Assembly (NCBI GenBank): GCA_963766075.1
Contig: CAVYAN010000105.1
Coordinates: 42,764-106,763, forward strand
DNA length: 64,000 nucleotides
Direction of reading: 5' to 3'
From: an uncultured cyanobacterium
GTDB taxonomy: Bacteria; Cyanobacteriota; Cyanobacteriia; Leptolyngbyales; Leptolyngbyaceae
The number at the start of each line of letters is the position of its first letter. The first letter of the stretch is position 1. The notes under the pieces were generated by a model that saw only the letters and a program-made list of their open reading frames with translations, was not told the origin of the DNA and made no database searches. The position numbers were made by a program, and so were the translations under genes. This document shows, one piece after another, positions 42,192-54,796 of the stretch.

Positions 42192-42521
42192 ATGATCCAA
42201 TTTAGCCCAGCAGCCACCACCGAAATTTTGCGTCTTCACGCCAAACGGCATAACCCTAGCCTATTACTACGTATCGGGATTGCTCCCCAGGGCTGCTTGG
42301 AGCTTTCCTACGTCATGGAGTTTGCTACCGACCAACAGGCAAATGATCACCATTTTGACTGCAACGGCATCCCCGTCGTCATCCAGGCAGACCAACTAGC
42401 TTATCTCGACACCTTGGTCATCGACTACTCGGAAGATATGATGGGCGGTGGCTTTAGATTCAGCAATACAAAGGCCGTCCAGAGCTGTAGCTGTGGCAAT
42501 TCCTTTGCGATCGCCCGTTAA
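42192..42521 (+). CDS. HesB/IscA family Fe-S cluster assembly protein
   Basis: GC..LSY, IDYSEDMMGGGFRF, SCSCGNSF. Confidence 0.9.
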   Translation: MIQFSPAATTEILRLHAKRHNPSLLLRIGIAPQGCLELSYVMEFATDQQANDHHFDCNGIPVVIQADQLAYLDTLVIDYSEDMMGGGFRFSNTKAVQSCSCGNSFAIAR

Positions 42522-42793
42522 AAAACACGCCATGCTGCTCACTGACGACCTCCGCCTCTAACCTGGCGCAGCTTTTTCATCCCTCAATTTGCCAACTTTT
42601 TATCACTCAAGTTACCAACTCGAGTATGGATCGCCCACAAAGCGACGCTTTCCGCTAGAATAGCAAAGCGTCTCTCGCACCCCGAAAAGGTTGTACACCT
42701 ATCATTGACAATGACCTGTCAAGTTTGGTAAGGTTGTCAACCGGAAAACTTTTGAACACTTACCTGACCGCACATCACTTGTAGAAAAATAAA

Positions 42794-43177
42794 ATGCCCA
42801 CCATTCAGCAGCTCATTCGCAGTGAGCGTCAAGCCGCCAAGCAAAAAACCAAGTCCCCCGCACTGAAGAGTTGCCCCCAACGCCGTGGAGTTTGTACTCG
42901 GGTTTACACCACAACGCCCAAAAAGCCTAACTCTGCCTTGCGCAAGGTTGCTCGTGTTCGCTTGACCTCCGGATTTGAGGTCACTGCTTATATCCCTGGG
43001 ATTGGGCATAATTTACAAGAACATTCTGTGGTGATGATTCGCGGGGGTCGGGTCAAAGATTTACCCGGTGTTCGCTACCACATCATTCGCGGCACCTTAG
43101 ATACCGCCGGTGTTAAAGATCGGAAGCAGTCCCGCTCGAAATACGGTGCAAAACGCCCCAAGGTGAAGGCATCCTAA
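42794..43177 (+). CDS. rpsL: 30S ribosomal protein S12
   Basis: [28 protein letters not shown]. Confidence 0.99.
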   Translation: MPTIQQLIRSERQAAKQKTKSPALKSCPQRRGVCTRVYTTTPKKPNSALRKVARVRLTSGFEVTAYIPGIGHNLQEHSVVMIRGGRVKDLPGVRYHIIRGTLDTAGVKDRKQSRSKYGAKRPKVKAS

Positions 43178-43413
43178 ACCGTAAGAAGAGAAACGTCAGT
43201 ATTTGTCTTAGACAGCAACATTTTGCCAATTAAAACCGCGTTCCTGGGGTTAACCGGTTTTATTGATTTGCAATCACCTCTCTGTTCCAGGCAATAGGAT
43301 TGAATTGAATGTAATCCATCAAGCTTCAGTCCCGTAGACAGCTTGAAAAAATTTCTGCCCATTTAACACATTAGTCGTCACTTATTCTTTTTCACCCTGT
43401 TTGGGAAGCGCCT

Positions 43414-43884
43414 ATGTCTCGCCGTACTACCATCCAAAAACGTCCGATTCCGCCGGATTCCGTCCACAACTCTCGCTTGGTAACCATGATGGTTCGGCGA
43501 ATTATGTCCAGTGGCAAGAAATCATTGGCCACTCGTATTGTTTATCAAGCGTTTGAAACCATCTCCCAGCGTACAGGGGGAGATCCAATGGAAGTGTTTG
43601 AACGCGCTGTTAAAAACGCAACACCTCTAGTCGAGGTTAAGGCACGTCGGGTTGGCGGTGCTACCTATCAAGTACCCATGGAAGTGCGGTCTGACCGAGG
43701 CACAGCTTTGGCCTTGCGTTGGCTAATTCAATACTCTCGCCAACGTGCTGGCAAAAGTATGGCGAGCAAGCTAGCCAATGAGCTGATGGATGCCTCTAAT
43801 GAAACGGGAAGTGCCATTCGTAAGCGGGAAGAAACCCATCGGATGGCAGAAGCGAACAAGGCATTTGCTCACTACCGTTACTAA
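43414..43884 (+). CDS. rpsG: 30S ribosomal protein S7
   Basis: [26 protein letters not shown]. Confidence 0.99.
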   Translation: MSRRTTIQKRPIPPDSVHNSRLVTMMVRRIMSSGKKSLATRIVYQAFETISQRTGGDPMEVFERAVKNATPLVEVKARRVGGATYQVPMEVRSDRGTALALRWLIQYSRQRAGKSMASKLANELMDASNETGSAIRKREETHRMAEANKAFAHYRY

Positions 43885-43971
43885 TTCATTCCCTCAGTAT
43901 CTAGCCAATGTAGGGTTTCAATCAATGGGCCACTGTATTCAAGTTTCCCACAGAGACTCAAGGAGGTAGCT

Positions 43972-46095
43972 GTGTCCCGTACCGTTCCGCTCGAACAAGT
44001 CCGAAATATTGGAATTGCCGCCCATATTGACGCTGGCAAAACGACAACGACCGAGCGGATCTTGTTCTACTCTGGCGTTGTTCATAAAATTGGTGAAGTT
44101 CACGATGGGAATGCCACCACCGACTGGATGGAACAGGAGCGGGAGCGTGGGATTACAATCACGGCAGCGGCAATTAGTACCCAATGGACACGGCGCGATC
44201 CATTGAATCCAACCCAGGCTTTGCCAAACGAACCAGAATATAAAATTAACATCATCGATACACCGGGTCATGTGGACTTCACTATTGAAGTGGAGCGTTC
44301 CATGCGCGTTCTGGACGGTGTAATTACAGTTCTCTGCTCAGTGGGCGGGGTGCAGCCTCAGACCGAAACGGTTTGGCGTCAAGCTGATCGCTATGCCGTT
44401 CCCCGGATCATCTTTATCAATAAGATGGATCGAACAGGGGCTAATTTTTATCGCGTGTACAACCAAGTGCGCGATCGCCTGCGCGCTAACGCAGTGCCAA
44501 TCCAGCTTCCTATAGGAGCCGAAGATAACTTCAAGGGGTTGGTAGATTTGGTCAGAATGCGGGCCTACATGTATACAAACGACCTTGGCACTGATATTTC
44601 TGAAACTGCTATCCCAGATGACATGGTGGCGGTTGCCGAGGAATACAGAGCAAAATTGATTGAATCCGTTGCTGAAACTGACGATGTCTTAACAGAGAAA
44701 TATCTTGAGGGTGAAGACTTAACCCTTGAGGAAATCAAGTCTGCTCTGCGAACAGGAACGCTTTCGGGCGCTATAGTGCCGATGCTTTGTGGCTCTGCCT
44801 TTAAGAATAAGGGCGTGCAAGCCATGCTAGATGCTGTAATTGACTACCTTCCCTCACCCTTGGAGGTTAAACCCATCCAGGGTACTTTGCCGGACGGTAC
44901 GCTGACAGAGCGCTCAGCCGTGGATGATGCACCTTTTGCCGCCCTCGCCTTCAAGGTGATGTCTGATAAATTTGTCGGTCGTCTGACCTTTATCCGCGTC
45001 TACTCTGGCGTCCTTAAAAAGGGCAGTTATATCTATAATGCGACGAAGGATAAAAAAGAGCGGGTTTCTCGTTTAATTATCCTGAAAGCAGATGATCGGA
45101 TCGATGTAGATGAGCTACGGGCTGGTGACCTAGGCGCTGTTCCGGGTCTATCTAACACATTGACCGGAGATACCCTTTGTTCTGAAGATTCTCCCGTAAT
45201 TCTAGAGTCCTTGTTCATTCCTGAGCCGGTGATTTCTGTTGCGGTAGAGCCCAAGACAAAGCAGGATATGGAGAAGCTATCGAAGGCGCTCCAAGCTTTA
45301 TCCGAGGAAGATCCAACTTTCCGTGTGAATGTTGATCCAGAAACCAACCAAACCGTGATCGCTGGGATGGGTGAGCTTCACCTAGAAATCCTAGTGGATC
45401 GAATGCTACGTGAGTTCAAGGTTGAAGCCAACGTTGGTGCACCTCAGGTTGCCTACCGCGAAACAATTCGGAAGCGGGTAAAAACTGAGGGCAAATTCGT
45501 TCGCCAAAGCGGGGGTAAAGGTCAGTATGGTCACGTTGTGATTGAACTGGAGCCTGGTGAGCCGGGAACAGGTTTCGAGTTTATCTCTAAAATTGTTGGG
45601 GGAACTGTTCCGAAGGAATATATTTCTCCAGCAGAGCAAGGGATGCGAGAAGCGTGTGAATCTGGGATCGTAGCGGGTTATCCCGTAATCGATGTTAAAG
45701 TCACTTTGGTGGATGGTTCCTTCCACGAAGTTGACTCTTCGGAAATGGCGTTTAAGATTGCTGGCTCTATGGCAGTCAAAGATGCTGTGATGAAGGCGAG
45801 TCCTGTTATTCTGGAACCGATGATGAAGGTCGAAGTGGAAGTTCCCGATGATTTTATTGGTAACGTCATTGGCGACCTGAATGCGCGTCGGGGCCACATT
45901 GAAGGACAGGACAATGAAAATGGCATTGCCAAGGTAACCTCTAAAGTTCCTTTGGCAAAAATGTTTGGATATGCTACTGATATCCGAACAAAAACGCAGG
46001 GTCGCGGTGTCTTCTCGATGGAGTTTAGCAACTACGAAGAAGTACCCCGCAACGAAGCGGAAGCTATCATCGCAAAAAGTAAAGGGAACGCTTAA
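43972..46095 (+). CDS. fusA: Elongation factor G
   Basis: [28 protein letters not shown]; position in the str operon. Confidence 0.99.
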   Translation: MSRTVPLEQVRNIGIAAHIDAGKTTTTERILFYSGVVHKIGEVHDGNATTDWMEQERERGITITAAAISTQWTRRDPLNPTQALPNEPEYKINIIDTPGHVDFTIEVERSMRVLDGVITVLCSVGGVQPQTETVWRQADRYAVPRIIFINKMDRTGANFYRVYNQVRDRLRANAVPIQLPIGAEDNFKGLVDLVRMRAYMYTNDLGTDISETAIPDDMVAVAEEYRAKLIESVAETDDVLTEKYLEGEDLTLEEIKSALRTGTLSGAIVPMLCGSAFKNKGVQAMLDAVIDYLPSPLEVKPIQGTLPDGTLTERSAVDDAPFAALAFKVMSDKFVGRLTFIRVYSGVLKKGSYIYNATKDKKERVSRLIILKADDRIDVDELRAGDLGAVPGLSNTLTGDTLCSEDSPVILESLFIPEPVISVAVEPKTKQDMEKLSKALQALSEEDPTFRVNVDPETNQTVIAGMGELHLEILVDRMLREFKVEANVGAPQVAYRETIRKRVKTEGKFVRQSGGKGQYGHVVIELEPGEPGTGFEFISKIVGGTVPKEYISPAEQGMREACESGIVAGYPVIDVKVTLVDGSFHEVDSSEMAFKIAGSMAVKDAVMKASPVILEPMMKVEVEVPDDFIGNVIGDLNARRGHIEGQDNENGIAKVTSKVPLAKMFGYATDIRTKTQGRGVFSMEFSNYEEVPRNEAEAIIAKSKGNA

Positions 46096-46113
46096 CTAGA
46101 AGGAAGATAACTC

Positions 46114-47343
46114 ATGGCACGTGCAAAGTTTGAACGGAATAAACCCCACGTCAATATTGGAACCATCGGTCACGTTGACCACGGTAAAACGACCTTGACG
46201 GCTGCAATTACGATGACCCTGGCGGCACTTGGCCAAGCCACCGCGAAAAAATACGCCGACATTGATGCGGCTCCTGAAGAAAAGGCACGGGGCATCACGA
46301 TCAATACGGCTCACGTCGAGTACGAGACCACAGAGCGGCACTATGCCCACGTGGATTGTCCTGGACACGCAGACTACGTGAAGAATATGATCACGGGTGC
46401 TGCCCAAATGGACGGGGCAATTTTGGTGGTGTCGGCGGCTGATGGTCCTATGCCCCAAACCCGTGAGCACATCTTGCTAGCACGTCAGGTTGGCGTTCCT
46501 CGCTTGGTGGTCTTCCTGAATAAAAAAGACATGGTGGATGACGAGGAGCTTCTGGAACTGGTGGATTTAGAGGTTCGTGAGCTCCTAAGTTCTTATGATT
46601 TCCCAGGTGACGAGATTCCCATTGTGGCAGGTTCTGCACTGCAAGCGGTAGAAGTCATGACGGCTAACCCTAAGACAGCTAAGGGTGAAAATGAGTGGGT
46701 GGATTGCATCTACAAGTTGATGGACGAGGTGGACGCTTATATCCCTACCCCGGAGCGGGACGTTGACAAGCCTTTCTTGATGGCTGTGGAAGATGTCTTT
46801 TCCATCACGGGTCGGGGAACTGTGGCCACCGGGCGGATCGAGCGTGGTGTGGTCAAGGTGGGCGATGAAATCGCCATCATTGGGATTAAAGACACTCGCA
46901 AGAGCACAGTCACCGGGATCGAAATGTTTAAGAAGTCCTTGGAGCAAGGCATGGCCGGAGATAACGCCGGTATCTTGCTCCGGGGGATTCAGAAGGCAGA
47001 TATTGAACGGGGTATGGTTCTAGCGAAGCCCGGTTCGATTACGCCCCATACAAAGTTCGAGTCTGAGGTATATATCCTGAAGAAGGAAGAGGGCGGTCGT
47101 CATACACCATTCTTCCCAGGCTACCGTCCTCAATTCTACGTGCGGACTACGGATGTGACCGGTACTATCAGTGACTTCACAACTGACGAAGGCGGTGAAG
47201 CTGAAATGGTCATGCCGGGTGACCGTATCAAGATGACTGTAGAACTGATAAACCCCATCGCCATCGAACAAGGGATGCGTTTTGCTATCCGTGAGGGGGG
47301 CCGTACCGTTGGTGCGGGTGTGGTTGCAAAAATCTTGAAGTAG
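46114..47343 (+). CDS. tuf: Elongation factor Tu
   Basis: [28 protein letters not shown]. Confidence 0.99.
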   Translation: MARAKFERNKPHVNIGTIGHVDHGKTTLTAAITMTLAALGQATAKKYADIDAAPEEKARGITINTAHVEYETTERHYAHVDCPGHADYVKNMITGAAQMDGAILVVSAADGPMPQTREHILLARQVGVPRLVVFLNKKDMVDDEELLELVDLEVRELLSSYDFPGDEIPIVAGSALQAVEVMTANPKTAKGENEWVDCIYKLMDEVDAYIPTPERDVDKPFLMAVEDVFSITGRGTVATGRIERGVVKVGDEIAIIGIKDTRKSTVTGIEMFKKSLEQGMAGDNAGILLRGIQKADIERGMVLAKPGSITPHTKFESEVYILKKEEGGRHTPFFPGYRPQFYVRTTDVTGTISDFTTDEGGEAEMVMPGDRIKMTVELINPIAIEQGMRFAIREGGRTVGAGVVAKILK

Positions 47344-47352
47344 GTTTCTATC

Positions 47353-47402
47353 AATCAGCTATTAGTGGTAAGGCTTTACAGCTTCTCTACTGATAGCTGA
47401 TT
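47353..47402. other. Stem-loop between tuf and rpsJ
   Basis: AATCAGCTATTAGT ... ACTGATAGCTGATT inverted repeat. Confidence 0.6.
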
Positions 47403-47548
47403 AGATTCAATATCTTCTGTATTTTTAAGCAAACATTCACTATTGCGTATAAGTTCGCACCCGGGTTTTTGCGCTTATTCCGAAGGCCGATAACGGCTTA
47501 AGGTTATTTTTGAACCTTGAAAACTTACTGATTGGAATCAATATCACT

Positions 47549-47866
47549 ATGGCTACTATTCAGCAGCAAAAAATCCGGATCCGCCTCAAGGCATTTGACC
47601 GTCGTCTACTTGACGCCTCTTGCGAGAAGATCGTCGATACTGCCAACCGTACTAATGCTACCGCGATCGGCCCAATTCCCTTACCTACTCGTCGCCGGAT
47701 CTATTGCGTCTTGAGATCGCCCCACGTAGACAAGGATTCTCGTGAGCACTTTGAAACTCGGACCCACCATCGGATTATTGATATTTACCAGCCGTCTTCT
47801 AAGACCATTGACGCCTTGATGAAGCTGGATCTGCCAGCAGGTGTCGATATTGAGGTTAAGCTTTAG
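47549..47866 (+). CDS. rpsJ: 30S ribosomal protein S10
   Basis: [21 protein letters not shown]. Confidence 0.99.
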   Translation: MATIQQQKIRIRLKAFDRRLLDASCEKIVDTANRTNATAIGPIPLPTRRRIYCVLRSPHVDKDSREHFETRTHHRIIDIYQPSSKTIDALMKLDLPAGVDIEVKL

Positions 47867-47888
47867 AACTCAGATTTTTATAGAGAGT

Positions 47889-47922
47889 AAAACAGAGGGG
47901 ACGGGCTGCCTCCTCTGTTTTT
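47889..47922 (+). terminator. Intrinsic terminator after rpsJ
   Basis: AAAACAGAGG ... CCTCTGTTTTT. Confidence 0.8.
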
Positions 47923-48046
47923 GTTGCGTTAGATATTTTGACTAGGTGTTTTGGTTTTTGGGAAACTCCTAATGCTAGGAATGACAAACCTCTATCCTAA
48001 TGGGATACAGTAGTGGAAGCAGCATTGTCTTGTATCTGATTCCCTA

Positions 48047-48703
48047 ATGACGCCTTCTTCGATCGCAGTCCGCGAATTGCCCATTTTTCCTTTGCCAGAA
48101 GTCGTTCTATTTCCGGGTAGGCCGTTACCTCTGCATATTTTTGAATTTCGCTACCGAATCATGATGAACACGATTCTGGAGAGCGATCGCCGCTTTGGGG
48201 TGCTGATGTGGGATCAAGAAAACAACCGTCCCGCCAATGTCGGTTGCTGCGCCGAAATTATCCAATTTCAGCGCCTACCCGATGACCGAATGAAGGTTCT
48301 CACAGTAGGTCAGCAGCGATTCCGCGTTTTGGAATATGTACGAGAAAAGCCTTATCGGGTTGGGTTAGTCGAATGGATTGATGATCATCCTCCCGAAAAA
48401 AACCTCATTCCCCTTGCACAGGATGTAGGCCGGTTGCTCCAAGACGTGGTGCATCTGTCAGCAAAGCTGACAGGCCAAGAAATTGAGTTGCCAGAAACCA
48501 TGCCCGACCTTCCGATTGAGTTGTCCTATTGGATTGCCAGCAACTTATATGGAGTTGCAGAGGAGCAGCAAGCATTATTGGAAATGCAGGAGACATCTGC
48601 ACGACTACAACGCGAAGCAGAAATTTTGACCTCAACACGCAACCATTTAGCAGCACGTACCGTTTTGAAAGACACCTTAAAAGACACACTAGAAGATGTC
48701 TGA
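48047..48703 (+). CDS. LON peptidase substrate-binding domain protein
   Basis: LPIFPLPEVVLFPGRPLPLHIFEFRYRIM. Confidence 0.92.
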   Translation: MTPSSIAVRELPIFPLPEVVLFPGRPLPLHIFEFRYRIMMNTILESDRRFGVLMWDQENNRPANVGCCAEIIQFQRLPDDRMKVLTVGQQRFRVLEYVREKPYRVGLVEWIDDHPPEKNLIPLAQDVGRLLQDVVHLSAKLTGQEIELPETMPDLPIELSYWIASNLYGVAEEQQALLEMQETSARLQREAEILTSTRNHLAARTVLKDTLKDTLEDV

Positions 48704-49379
48704 AGCACGGGAAGCAGTAGCTATTTATGCGAATTTGCAATAGGAATAAATCGAAAATCAACTTGCTCAGCTAGATTTGAGGTGGATTGATGGGGTAAAT
48801 TCGCCAAGAGCCGCCCTCATCGACATTACAACAACTGCCCCAAGGCTGCTTTTGCAGCTTTAGGGCAGGGGCAAGGATTGTAGCTATTTACCCTAGTCTT
48901 TACCTGTTAATGCAGCGCATTTCACTAATATTGAATCACTAAATTTGAATCACTAAATACGAAGCCTGGCGGACTGCTCTGTTGAAAATCCGCCCAGAGT
49001 TGGGCATTGTAACTAAATAGTACCGCCACTTGTATAAAACATTCCGCAAATTACAAGATTGGGTTTGCAGATTAATTCTAAATTGCTGGGACCAATTTTT
49101 AATTTCCGTGCAATTGCACAATCTCCCCTTTACACAACCCTACCTTAAAGCCAGCCTAGAACCAGATTCTCCAAAAACGCTCTTCTGGCTTTAGCCCCCT
49201 GAATCCATGAACTTAGATTAATAAAACGATGTATTTCTTTGTATTAGTTGTAATCTTACGATACATTAATGAGGCTTCCTTGACTGTTTAAGATCCCCGT
49301 AGTGATTGATACGTCAGGGATTTGCTGCATATCTTACGCTGGGACACGTTGGACTCTCTCGAAATATTTTGGAACAATC

Positions 49380-50702
49380 ATGAACACAGAGGATATGCAT
49401 CGCGTTGTGATCGTGGGCGGAGGCTTTGGTGGGCTATATGCGGCTAAGTCCTTAGGCAACGCTCCTGTTCAGATCACCCTGATCGACAAGCGGAACTTCC
49501 ATCTGTTTCAGCCCCTCCTCTACCAAGTAGCGACCGGGACACTCTCGCCGGCAGATATTTCATCGCCGCTGCGAGGAATTTTGGGCAAGCAAAAAAATAC
49601 AACGGTGCGCCTGGATGAGGTTCGAGATATTGATCCCCAGAATCAGCAGGTACACCTCAAGGAAGAAACGATTCCCTACGACACCCTGATTGTGGCCACA
49701 GGCGTAAGTCACCATTATTTTGGCAATGAGCACTGGGCTGATCGCGCTCCCGGCTTGAAGACCGTCGAAGATGCGCTAGAAATGCGGCGGCGAATCTTCA
49801 TGGCATTTGAGGCCGCAGAGAAAGAAACTGATCTAGAACAACGTGAGGCATGTTTGACGTTTGTAGTGGTGGGGGGTGGTCCCACGGGCGTGGAATTAGC
49901 CGGTGCGATCGCGGAACTCGCCTACGGCACCCTCAAGAACGATTTCCGAAACATTGACACCGCCGCTGCCAAGATTCTGTTACTAGAAGGCTTGGATCGC
50001 GTCCTTCCCCCCTACCCTCCCGAACTTTCCGCCGAGGCTGAAGCATCTCTAACCAAACTCGGCGTCACCGTTCAAACCAAAACCCTCGTCACCAATATTG
50101 AGGACGATATTGTCACTCTTCGCCAAGGGGACATCGAAACCAAAATTTCCGCAAAAACTGTACTATGGGCCGCTGGAGTGAAAGCATCCCCACTGGGGAC
50201 AGCCTTGGCAAACTGTACCGGAGCGGAACTGGATCGGGTCGGACGCGTCATTGTGCAACCCAACCTCAGTATTGTGAACCATCCCAATATTTTTGTGGTA
50301 GGCGACCTCGCCCACTTTGCCCATCAAGATAATGGCAAACCCTTACCCGGAACAGCGGCAGTGGCCATGCAGCAGGGCGAGTACATTGCCACCGTAGTAC
50401 AAAATCGGATGCAAAACCAACCCGAACCGCCCTTCGTATACAACCACATCGGCAGTATGGCAGTGATTGGCCAAAATGAAGCCGTGGCTGATATGGGCTT
50501 TATGAAATTCTCTGGCCCCCTGGCATGGTTTCTATGGATTTTTGCCCACATTTACTTCTTGATTGAATTTGATAACAAGCTAATCGTCATGCTGCAGTGG
50601 GGTTGGAACTACTTTACCCGCAATCGGGGTGCCCGTCTTATTACTGGGAATAATCCACTCGTGGCCCAAACAACTCTGGCAGAACTGGGTAGTCGTCCCT
50701 AG
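49380..50702 (+). CDS. Type II NAD(P)H dehydrogenase (NDH-2) family FAD oxidoreductase
   Basis: VGGGFGG, FQPLLYQVATG, VGGGPTGVELAG, AVAMQQG. Confidence 0.92.
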   Translation: MNTEDMHRVVIVGGGFGGLYAAKSLGNAPVQITLIDKRNFHLFQPLLYQVATGTLSPADISSPLRGILGKQKNTTVRLDEVRDIDPQNQQVHLKEETIPYDTLIVATGVSHHYFGNEHWADRAPGLKTVEDALEMRRRIFMAFEAAEKETDLEQREACLTFVVVGGGPTGVELAGAIAELAYGTLKNDFRNIDTAAAKILLLEGLDRVLPPYPPELSAEAEASLTKLGVTVQTKTLVTNIEDDIVTLRQGDIETKISAKTVLWAAGVKASPLGTALANCTGAELDRVGRVIVQPNLSIVNHPNIFVVGDLAHFAHQDNGKPLPGTAAVAMQQGEYIATVVQNRMQNQPEPPFVYNHIGSMAVIGQNEAVADMGFMKFSGPLAWFLWIFAHIYFLIEFDNKLIVMLQWGWNYFTRNRGARLITGNNPLVAQTTLAELGSRP

Positions 50703-50806
50703 GATTATCCCTACCCGATGGACATGCCATTCACGCTTTAAGACATCCGCCTTGCAAGTCCCACTCTCCACCAAGGCATCACCGACGCATTAATACTGAA
50801 GCGTAT

Positions 50807-50820
50807 GTATCGCTAGATAC
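50807..50820. promoter_or_regulatory. NtcA-type box upstream of the STAS gene
   Basis: GTA-TCGCTAGA-TAC. Confidence 0.4.
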
Positions 50821-50995
50821 TTTTCAGTAGAAGTACTTACTCAAATCTTTAAATGGAATGCTAGGTCTGATGAAGATTCCAAAAACGGATAGCAACTGGC
50901 ATAGGCATCAATTGTGACACAGGATATGGTTATGGGGCGTGAGACGAAATTTTTGGGAATTGCTACTTCTTCTACTGAATTTGAACATAAGGATC

Positions 50996-51334
50996 ATGAT
51001 GCAGAACTTACTCGCCCGTCCTCAAGCCGATTTTTTCCAACCCTGTGGCGTAATTAATGCAACGAACGCCGTGCAATGGCAGACTCAATTCAATCAAGCT
51101 GTACTCTCCCCAGAAACCTCTAGCTTAATTATCGATATGGGCAAATTGGAGTCGATTGACAGCGCCGGTTTAATGGTCCTGGTATCGGTCGTTAAGATGG
51201 CCCATCGCTACAACAAAACGGTGAGTGTCTGCTCCGTACCCAATCCGATTCGGATTGTTTTGGAACTGACTCAACTTGATCGCGTTGTTGATATCCACGA
51301 AAACCACGCCGCATTTACTGCCGCTGCGGCCTAG
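50996..51334 (+). CDS. STAS domain anti-sigma factor antagonist
   Basis: IIDMGKLESIDSAGL, LELTQLDRV. Confidence 0.88.
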   Translation: MMQNLLARPQADFFQPCGVINATNAVQWQTQFNQAVLSPETSSLIIDMGKLESIDSAGLMVLVSVVKMAHRYNKTVSVCSVPNPIRIVLELTQLDRVVDIHENHAAFTAAAA

Positions 51335-51546
51335 GCTTCAAGGGCTCAGTCCTAGACGGAACGGCTGAGTTAACCTGTATCTCCAGCTTGGGGGCAGTCC
51401 TCGTGTCAGCATCAAGCCCTCATTTTTCTGGCGAAGAGTGAGGGCTTTTAGTTTTTCATCCTTCATAGTTTCCCGCGATCGCCATGCTTTCTCCCTATAC
51501 TGATGTATGCCGATGACCGAAATTGGTTTGTTTGGAGGATCGTCCC

Positions 51547-54275
51547 GTGGCAGTCGCTGTTGATGCTTTGCTAACACCGGAAATTTTGCGTCCGGCGCGG
51601 TATTTGGGCAATGAGTTTGGCGCAGTGCATAAACCCTGGGAGTCGGCGGTGGTGCGCTGGGTACTCACCTATCCAGAAGTATATGAAGTCGGTGCGTCTA
51701 ACTTAGGGCACATCATTTTATACAGCATCTTAAATGCACAGCCACGCCAGTTGTGCGATCGCGCCTACCTCCCCGCCGCTGATCTGGCCACAAAGCTACG
51801 GCAGACTAACACCCCACTGTTTGCAGTGGAATCGCGGCGATCGCTGCAGGACTACGACATTTTGGGCTTCAGCCTTAGTTACGAACTGGGGGCAACCAAC
51901 ATCCTGGAAATGCTGGATCTGGCCGGGATTCCGCTCACTTGGCAAGCGCGACAGTCCGCCCCCATCTCCCAATGGCCATTAATCTTTGCGGGTGGCCAGA
52001 CCGCCACCTCTAACCCTGAACCCTATGCAGACTTCTTCGATTTCATTGCCCTGGGAGATGGCGAGGAGCTACTGCCAGAAATTGGCCTGGTCCTTGAAGA
52101 AGGCAAAATCGCAGGGCTAAGCCGCACCGAGATCTTACTGGACTTAGCTCAGGTGCCCGGCGTGTATGTACCGCAGTTCTACGATATGGCTGCCGATGGC
52201 TCGGTGCATCCCCATCGAGAGGATGTGCCAGCCCGGGTTTTACGGCGCGTGGCTACCCCGATGCCTCACTATGCCCAGGGCCTCGTCCCCTATGTCGAAA
52301 CGGTGCATGATCGTCTTGTAGTCGAGATTCGGCGAGGCTGCACCCGAGGCTGTCGCTTTTGCCAACCCGGTATGCTAACCCGTCCCGCACGGGATGTGGA
52401 GCCGGAAGCGGTGATTGAGGCCATTGAAACCGGGATGCGGGCGACGGGCTACAACGAATTTTCTTTGCTGTCGCTGAGTTGCTCCGACTACCTGGCCCTA
52501 CCTGCTGTGGGCATGGAAATCAAGAATCGTCTGAAGAATGAAAATATTACCCTGTCGCTTGCCCAGTCAGCGGGTCGATCGCTTCGATCAGGACATTTCC
52601 AATATTCTGGGCGGTACCCGCCAGTCTGGCCTGACCTTTGCACCTGAGGCAGGCACCCAACGAATTCGGGATATTATCAACAAAGGCTTAACCAATGAAG
52701 AACTGCTGCGGGGAGTGAAAACCGCCTTTCAGCAAGGCTGGGATAAAATCAAGCTTTATTTCATGATTGGTCTGCCGGGAGAAACCGACGCCGACGTGAT
52801 TGGCATTGCTGAAACGGTGCGCTGGTTAAAGAATCAATGTTGGGGCAAGGGGCGGAAACCCTTGAGCTTTAACATCACCATTTCCAACTTTACGCCCAAA
52901 CCCCATACTCCCTTCCAGTGGCATTCGGTTTCGACCCATGAATTTTCGCGGAAGCAATCAGCTGCTGCGCCAAGAATTCCGGCCCATGCGCGGTCTGAAG
53001 GTGAACTTTACTGATGTGCGGATTTCGGCCATGGAGGACTTTGTGGGCCGGGGCGATCGCCGCCTGGCCCCAGTGATTCAACGCGCCTGGGAACTGGGCG
53101 CGGGGATGGATGCCTGGTGGGAAAGCCTAGATCGGGCGTTTGGCGCATGGACTCAAGCGATCGACGAAGCCGGACTGACCCTGAAATATCGCCGCGTCGA
53201 ACAGGGCGAATGGAATCTATTTGAAGAGGCTGACCGTAGCCAGTCCCCATCCACCGTGGGCCATCAGGCTGCCGAACAGGCCGTCGGGGATGCAACGTCT
53301 TTGCCATCAGATTTGCCATCAGACACAGCCCCCCACCGCACCCTTGATCGGCCTCTGCCCTGGGACCACCTGGACACAGGAATTGATAAAACCTGGCTCA
53401 AGGAGGACTTGCAGCGAGCGCTAGCAGCGGCAACCGTCCCAGATTGCTCCTTTGATGGGTGCTCGCACTGCGGCGTGTGTGGTGTGGAATTTGGTCACAA
53501 TATTGTGGTACCGCCCTTACCCATTCCGGCCTTTGCAGGGCACTTTGTCCCCAATCAAACCCGCGCCCAACGCCTGCGGGTGTGGTTGGGTAAGCAGGGA
53601 GAAATGGCGTTGGTGAGCCATTTGGACCTGCTGCGGTTGTTTGATCGGGCGGTGCGGCGGGCAGCAGTGCCGATCGCCTTCACGGGCGGTTTCCATCCCG
53701 GCCCCCGGATTGTGCCAGCCAATGCACTGTCCCTAGGCATCACCAGTTCGGGGGAGATCGTCGATTTTGAGCTGACGGAGCCGATGGAGCCAGAAATTTT
53801 TCGGGAAAAGCTTGCGGCCCAACTGCCTACAGAGATGCCCATCTATGCCGTGGAATCGGTGGATGTGAATGGCAAAGCCGCCGCCGCGCTGTTGGAGCAA
53901 GCAGAATATCTGGTCACGATCGCCCTAGACGAATTACCAAACGAATTACCAGACAAATCACCTGTGGATTGGCCCAGTTGGGTGGCCACGCTGATCGCGG
54001 CATCGGAAATTTGGGTGGACCAAACGACCAAGTCCGGCAAGGTGCAGTCGGTGAATTTGCGCGATCGCCTATCCCATCTGCAACTGGAATCCATACCAGA
54101 GGCCACACCGGACGCAACCGTCACCCTCCGGTATATCGGCAGTTGCCGGAACGATGGCACGCTGCTGCGTCCTGATCACCTAGTGCAAATGCTGGAACAG
54201 GTCAGCGATCGCCCGTTGCATTTAGTCCATACTCACCGCGAACGACTGATTTTGGGGACCGACAGCCCGAATTAA
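51547..54275 (+). CDS. TIGR03960-type radical SAM protein fused to a DUF2344/TIGR03936-type domain; frameshifts near 52560 and 52958
   Basis: RPARYLGNE, GCTRGCRFC, FAPEAG, KLYFMIGLP, SHLDLLR..FTGGFHP across three overlapping ORFs; GGAGG before the GTG start. Confidence 0.88.
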
Positions 54276-54418
54276 CGCGAGGGAGTGCCCAGGATGGCAG
54301 CGTGAACCGTTGAATCAGACTGCTGAATCAGACTGCCCTACTGATTGACTAGGTATAGCCAGCCAGAGTATCCATCGGGAATACTGGTTTTTTTATGAGC
54401 ATCCCGGAAACTGTGCGC

Positions 54419-54424
54419 TATAAT
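54419..54424 (+). promoter_or_regulatory. Candidate -10 box for rne
   Basis: TATAAT just after a terminator-like hairpin (about 54363-54394). Confidence 0.45.
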
Positions 54425-54796
54425 GCGTCACAATGGAAGCTGTGATGGATCAGAGATCCGCAGAGTACCGTTGAGTGGTTCTGTACTTGGTACTGGGTAC
54501 AGCTTACTCGCTAGACTTTTCGCTTACACCTGTTTGATTCTGCGCTGGCTCTAGAAGTTTTTCTGGGAGCTATGTCAGTTTCAACCGACTGATTTTTGGT
54601 GGGTTGCTAGTTTTTCATTAGTATTTCGCAGCTCTTGGGCTTCCAAAGCTATTGGACACCGGGGTGGACAGCAGTTTCAAGACCTGAGCGCGATGTACAT
54701 GATTTTTCATGTAGCAAATTTTTCGTATTTATTCCCCGCGATTCGGGCATGGACAGTTGTCGTCTGTGCGATCGCCACAGAGTTTGAGGAACTTGG

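Noticed and set aside
42794..43177. Streptomycin-resistance allele of rpsL
   Set aside because: PKKPNS and RVKDLP motifs are wild type
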